From IMG/VR virus record IMGVR_UViG_3300045988_133735: a stretch of 64,000 bases of DNA; one strand, 5' to 3'. How positions within the stretch are numbered: position 1 is the first letter of the stretch; every line of letters begins with the position of its first letter. Source of the DNA: a virus. Below, one piece after another: positions 59,451 to 64,000 of this stretch. Under the pieces are notes generated by a model. The model saw nothing but the letters and a program-made list of their open reading frames with translations. It was not told where the DNA came from and did no database searches. Both the position numbers and the translations under genes were made by a program.

Positions 59451-62258
59451 TTAAGTATCTTTCTTATTATCGATATATTTTTCTTTGAGGACATTCTCAT
59501 AAGTGATATAGGGATAATACGGATAATAGCGGCTCAATGTAACATTCATTGTGCCTTCTCCAATGTTTTTATCTATCTTTTTTATAATCCACTCAACTGC
59601 AATATCAGACTTTAAGTACTTTGCTGCATACTTTACCTTTTCATTTACGTCAAGCCACGGAATCATGTGCATACTTAATGTGATAGAATCCGTCAGTCGG
59701 CAATTTTTCCATAGCGTGTATTTACATACCGTCATGGTTGATTCGTCCGATGTATATCCGTCAAACTCACTACCCGAGCACACAAGGTTTCTTCGCCCGA
59801 TTTTATCAATCGTCAACCGACTATTGTATAAGTCATCAATGCGGTTTGGGTCATTTACGACAACGTACTCAAGGTTGTCACATGCCTCCGCAATCTTGTC
59901 TGCCTCAATTTGTTTTGCGGTCGGCATTGCATCCACAAACTTCGTCATAGCATGAGACTGAGACTGACCAATAAAATAGACCCGGCTCTCAATAAGAAGA
60001 GCAGGGTCTGATATCTGGATCTCTGTATTCGTTGCTGGATTATACTTCACATACACGGTGTCATAATTTTTCGTGGATGGATTATAGATTTGTTTCGGGT
60101 AATAGCGCACCTGTGGATCACGCTGTTCTTTTTCGTATTTGCCTGTAAGTGCGTTAAACTTATATGTGAATGCACCATCAGTTGCCTGATTTAACCAGTG
60201 CTCACCATATTTTATGACGTAATAACGCCCTTTCTTTAGTAGAGAGGTATCTTCTGGTTCGTCCTCTCCTTTTTCGTTGGTAACAGCCTTAAACAACATC
60301 ATAGGTCCATACACTGCACGTGTCGTTTCCCGATACTGTCCTTCTCCAGTCGGATTCGATTTAATTGTCGTAACAAGGTTCTCAACACAGATTCTTGCAT
60401 TTATCGCAATATCTTCTGGGCAAATAAACGAAAATCTTGTACCGTCCTGAATACTTGCTTGTTTTAATTTTAACAATAAAATAGACGCGCCGGTATCATT
60501 TGGGTTCATGTTGTAGCTCATATTCAATTTATTATCTTTAAGCAGCGTAACAACATCATTCCATTCTTTTGTTCCTTTTTTACAATACACGACCTCGCCA
60601 GTACCGTCTGGGTCATTTTTTTCAAGTTTATCCTTACAGAAATAGTCGCTGGAGTTTGATGCACCCCATACCTCTACACAGTTATGGATCTGACCGTAAT
60701 CGACGCTGGCATCTTCGCTGATAACCATACTCTTAAATGTATCCTCGTCCAGAACAACGGGGTCGTCGTAGCCAGATGGAATTTCTTTGCACACAAAAGT
60801 ATCGTCGTCAAAATACATCTCGAAAGGAAAGTAGAGGTCTCTCAACTCCGTCAAAATGTTCCAGATGGTCGTGCCAGTATTATATTCTAGGTCGTGCGGA
60901 ATTCGCCGCACCCAGTAATCTACCATACTCTTTGTCAGTCCTGAAAGTTCAAATGTCTCCTTAATGGAATCGCGAACATAGTGCGGCTTCTTTTTGTCAT
61001 CTTCGTAATAGTTGACCCCATCCTTAACCACGAGCTTGCGGTCATACATCGGAATGCGCGTTGCGTATCCGGTCAGTGTTCCACCAAGCGTGCCGTCAAG
61101 CAAACAGGTCATATCAAGGCAAGAAAGGCTTAGTTTGTTCGTTGTGGCATCATAACTGTATCCATTTTGCTGTATTGCATATACGCCAGCGCCATACCAG
61201 TGTACACCATCTGTATCCACAAAGTTCGTGCCAGTTCGTATTTCAGCCTCACCAGAGTATAAAGCGTGATAGAAGTTATATATCTGAGTTAAACCATCTT
61301 TCAATTCCCATATCGTTCCTTGAATATCGTGCATTGAATAGCCAACAAATACACTTGTGTCATGGAAATATTTATCAAGCTCTTCTTTGGTACAGCCAGC
61401 AATCGCTGCAACATCGGCTGCAGATAATATCCTTCCTGCTGCGATACCACCCTCTACAGCAGCAATCATATTCTTTACACGTATTGTTTTCCCATAAATC
61501 GTACAGTCAACACCAAAACTATCAAGTTCAAGTATTTTACTTTGTAAAGTTGAACCATCTCTTTGAACTGCATCACAAGCTGCATTGAAAATCACTTCAA
61601 TATAAGACCTGATATCTGCATTCAGCAGCGGAATAACAACATCTCCTCCGCCTATCAGTAGTGGAGTGTATGCAATCTCATACGTCTTGCCATTTGTTGT
61701 ATAACCATCTGAAGATGCAACAACGGTCGAATATGTTCCAACATCTCCTTGCTCTTTCACAAAAGATGCATATTTCTCTTTATTTTCATCTGTCCAAATA
61801 ATACGCTTACGGTTTATATTTTCGATATTGCCATACTGTTCATAACCGCCAACCTTATATCTCCACTTTGCTTGCCTTAACTCTGTGTCCTTTTCTTTGT
61901 ATATCGCACTATTTTTGATTTTTGCATCGATCTCTTCTTCTGGTATTCTTACCGCGTCCGCCCCAACAAGCGGCATACTTGTTGGAGCTTTCATACCAAT
62001 CTGTAAGCGCAGCATCTTGCTCGTCCACTCCTCTGTGGAGAACTGAGAAATAGAGAATCCACTCTTCGGGAAGATATCAAGATTAAAAGTGCGCCGTGTA
62101 TCTGAGTCTGCGTCAATCGAGTTAGAACCACTTAACGCAAGTCCTTCGATCGTATCAATAATCTGGTAGTCTTTATTCAGCAGTTCAATACGACAATATA
62201 ATCTTTTTGACCGGCTTTTCAGTAAGGCCAGATCTTCTTCTGTAGGTAAGTAAGTCAT
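59451..62258 (-). CDS. tail-associated / baseplate hub protein (Tal-like, 935 aa)
   Basis: Size and position (after the Dit-like gene, before the receptor-binding genes). N-terminus ...LYCRIELLNKDYQIIDTIEGLALSGSNSIDADSDTRRTFNL resembles the prophage tail endopeptidase/Tal N-domain. Confidence 0.55.
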   Translation of the reverse strand: MTYLPTEEDLALLKSRSKRLYCRIELLNKDYQIIDTIEGLALSGSNSIDADSDTRRTFNLDIFPKSGFSISQFSTEEWTSKMLRLQIGMKAPTSMPLVGADAVRIPEEEIDAKIKNSAIYKEKDTELRQAKWRYKVGGYEQYGNIENINRKRIIWTDENKEKYASFVKEQGDVGTYSTVVASSDGYTTNGKTYEIAYTPLLIGGGDVVIPLLNADIRSYIEVIFNAACDAVQRDGSTLQSKILELDSFGVDCTIYGKTIRVKNMIAAVEGGIAAGRILSAADVAAIAGCTKEELDKYFHDTSVFVGYSMHDIQGTIWELKDGLTQIYNFYHALYSGEAEIRTGTNFVDTDGVHWYGAGVYAIQQNGYSYDATTNKLSLSCLDMTCLLDGTLGGTLTGYATRIPMYDRKLVVKDGVNYYEDDKKKPHYVRDSIKETFELSGLTKSMVDYWVRRIPHDLEYNTGTTIWNILTELRDLYFPFEMYFDDDTFVCKEIPSGYDDPVVLDEDTFKSMVISEDASVDYGQIHNCVEVWGASNSSDYFCKDKLEKNDPDGTGEVVYCKKGTKEWNDVVTLLKDNKLNMSYNMNPNDTGASILLLKLKQASIQDGTRFSFICPEDIAINARICVENLVTTIKSNPTGEGQYRETTRAVYGPMMLFKAVTNEKGEDEPEDTSLLKKGRYYVIKYGEHWLNQATDGAFTYKFNALTGKYEKEQRDPQVRYYPKQIYNPSTKNYDTVYVKYNPATNTEIQISDPALLIESRVYFIGQSQSHAMTKFVDAMPTAKQIEADKIAEACDNLEYVVVNDPNRIDDLYNSRLTIDKIGRRNLVCSGSEFDGYTSDESTMTVCKYTLWKNCRLTDSITLSMHMIPWLDVNEKVKYAAKYLKSDIAVEWIIKKIDKNIGEGTMNVTLSRYYPYYPYITYENVLKEKYIDNKKDT

Positions 62259-62269
62259 GGCCCACCTCC

Positions 62270-63625
62270 TTAAATCAAACCAGCGTTCTTCATGTCATCG
62301 CTGCTATTCAAATCGCCAGTCTCTACAAAATCAAATGAGATTTCTACCTTATCCGGATGCTCATCATCTGAGTAAGAAACATTTCCATTCACATTCATCA
62401 GCCATGCGCGGCCATCGTACATCTTCAATGCTTTTGGCTTTTTGTTCGTTAGCCAATTGATAAAAGTCTCCCGATAGTCAATAGACCCATCAAAATCAAA
62501 CTCATCATTGTTGCGATCCCACTTGATAATAACACCAGAGAAGTTGCCGCTATAATAATTTGCCTCACTACCATAGAATACGATGGGATACTTGCTTCCC
62601 AATGTCGTCTCCACAGACGCTTCTTGATTGCGCGTAATATTCGTGACAGCTGGCTCAAGACCAACATAATATGATATGTCTTTATCCATTAGCCATGCTC
62701 CGTCAAAATCGCTTACGGCACTTGTAGATGTGTACACTTGTTCAATTTCATCCACAACAGGAACTGCCATATACTGATACTTCGTTTTTCTGCCACGTGC
62801 GAATTTGTCATAGCATACAATCAAAATAGGTTCAACGGAACTTATGATCTTCTTTTCATAAATCGTAATCCAGTCGTATTTGCCAAACTCTCTACGTTTT
62901 ACGCGAATAGAATCAAAATTATTAGGCTCGTCCGCGCTTTTCGTAACGGTAAGCTTGATTCTACCTTCTCTTTTTTCATTCTCTGCCACAATTTTAAGTT
63001 TCTGCAGTTGTCCGTCATACTCAATTCTGAATGCGCAAAAATCCGTGTCCAGAACATATCCATTCACAGTTTCTCCAACCGCTCGCACATAATACACCTT
63101 ATTATTATCAAGGCTTTCTACGTTGAACGCATGTGAAATAGATCCGTGGTATATCTCCTCATGTAGCAAAGTCTTGTCTGAATCATAAAGCTGATATTTA
63201 TAAAGATTCAGTGTCTCGCCCTCTTCTTCGATGTTTTTATACTCGACATTAAAAGAAAAAGCAGGGAAGGGAATTGTCTTTTCAGCGCGCGCTTCCACAT
63301 CAACAAACTTTAACACCGGTTTTTCATGGCAATAAAAAAGAACGGCATCGCTTAAATCACTTGTCTTGCCGTTCTGATTTGTTACTGCAATTTTAAGATA
63401 GTAGGGGAGTAGTCTGTTGCGTACAAGGTTCGCTGGCAGCATAAACATACGTACAGAAGATGAACCACTGGTTTTCACTGTCTGGTCAACAATACTATTG
63501 CCGGAGGCGTTGTCGTAGATAATATACTCCACTTCATTGATCGTGTCATCGTAACATGTGTACCGCACGATATTTTCCTGCGTAGCGTCTATTACGGAAA
63601 ATTTTGAAATTATCGGTTTCGCCAA
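62270..63625 (-). CDS. distal tail protein (Dit-like, 451 aa)
   Basis: It lies upstream of the Tal-like gene in siphovirus-type order. No motif verified. Confidence 0.45.
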   Translation of the reverse strand: MAKPIISKFSVIDATQENIVRYTCYDDTINEVEYIIYDNASGNSIVDQTVKTSGSSSVRMFMLPANLVRNRLLPYYLKIAVTNQNGKTSDLSDAVLFYCHEKPVLKFVDVEARAEKTIPFPAFSFNVEYKNIEEEGETLNLYKYQLYDSDKTLLHEEIYHGSISHAFNVESLDNNKVYYVRAVGETVNGYVLDTDFCAFRIEYDGQLQKLKIVAENEKREGRIKLTVTKSADEPNNFDSIRVKRREFGKYDWITIYEKKIISSVEPILIVCYDKFARGRKTKYQYMAVPVVDEIEQVYTSTSAVSDFDGAWLMDKDISYYVGLEPAVTNITRNQEASVETTLGSKYPIVFYGSEANYYSGNFSGVIIKWDRNNDEFDFDGSIDYRETFINWLTNKKPKALKMYDGRAWLMNVNGNVSYSDDEHPDKVEISFDFVETGDLNSSDDMKNAGLI

Positions 63626-63637
63626 TTTAACACCTCC

Positions 63638-64000
63638 TTATTTTACGCCATATATCTCACATGGAATAATCAAATCGTTGTTTGTTGTAATGGCCGTCTC
63701 ACCAGAGCTTTGTGCGTCAAAGAATGTAATTTCAGTGCAATATTTATTATTCTTTTCATATGCTTTTACATAGAACGGACGGAAAGCGCTTTTTATATTT
63801 GTGTCAGAATTGTATGATACACTTGGAGTAGAATTGTCGCCAGCGCTCAAATCATAAATCATACACAGCTTCGGCGTATTCATAGTGACGCAGTGATATT
63901 CTGCACCACTCCATTCACCTGCGACCGGTTTCGACACAATAACAGAAACTTTGCTCAAATATTCGAGCACCCGTTTTGTTGCGGCACTCTCTGGATCAAT
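63638..64000 (-). CDS. C-terminal part of a structural protein (5' end outside the window; possibly the tape measure C-terminus)
   Basis: The frame stays open to the window edge upstream of track start 63970 (...IDPESAATKRVLEYLSKV...). Positioned before the Dit-like gene. Confidence 0.4.
   Translation of the reverse strand: MDPESAATKRVLEYLSKVSVIVSKPVAGEWSGAEYHCVTMNTPKLCMIYDLSAGDNSTPSVSYNSDTNIKSAFRPFYVKAYEKNNKYCTEITFFDAQSSGETAITTNNDLIIPCEIYGVK

Overview
This window looks like about 64 kb of a temperate tailed phage, or an unintegrated or excised prophage, of an anaerobic low-GC Gram-positive (Clostridia-like) host. All calls rest on reading the sequence and the ORF track by eye; no searches were run. 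Bases 1-40.6 kb are transcribed on the + strand. They carry early genes behind near-consensus sigma70-type promoters, including a solo MazF/PemK-like toxin. A tRNA island follows (about 10 tRNAs plus one tRNA fragment) with unusually long ORF-free spacers. Next come a replication and recombination module and a nucleotide-metabolism module. The replication module holds an SSB-like protein, a Sak4-like ATPase, a DnaB helicase, a primase, a Cas4-like nuclease, DnaE and an ERCC4 nuclease. The nucleotide module holds ThyX, NrdD, NrdG, dUTPase, a DUF3310 protein, FolD and a DPPY methyltransferase. An Xis-like HTH, an attP-like repeat region and a tyrosine integrase close the + strand block. Bases 40.7-64 kb are transcribed on the - strand and meet the + strand block at a bidirectional terminator. 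They encode tail and baseplate proteins (Dit-like, Tal-like, a 2267-aa mosaic adhesin-like protein, several fibre proteins), a lysis cassette (LL-H-type holin, M15 endolysin, separate SH3-like ORF) and a type I dehydroquinase (aroD) moron. The most unusual content is a 5.6-kb island bracketed by tRNA-Glu and tRNA-Gln. It encodes an ABC permease with no ATPase partner, a TM-anchored PspA/IM30-like protein, and a TM-anchored NMT1-type binding protein fused to an OmpA-like domain. That last gene is split by a td-like group I intron carrying a GIY-YIG homing endonuclease. Other notable signals:
- a roughly 450-nt structured ORF-free stretch inside the tRNA array, a candidate large ncRNA;
- an attP-like region with eight TGTGGGCAA sites and a GC3-rich mini-ORF that may mimic the 3' end of a host gene;
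- a recurrent GGGTGGGTGGG intergenic motif.
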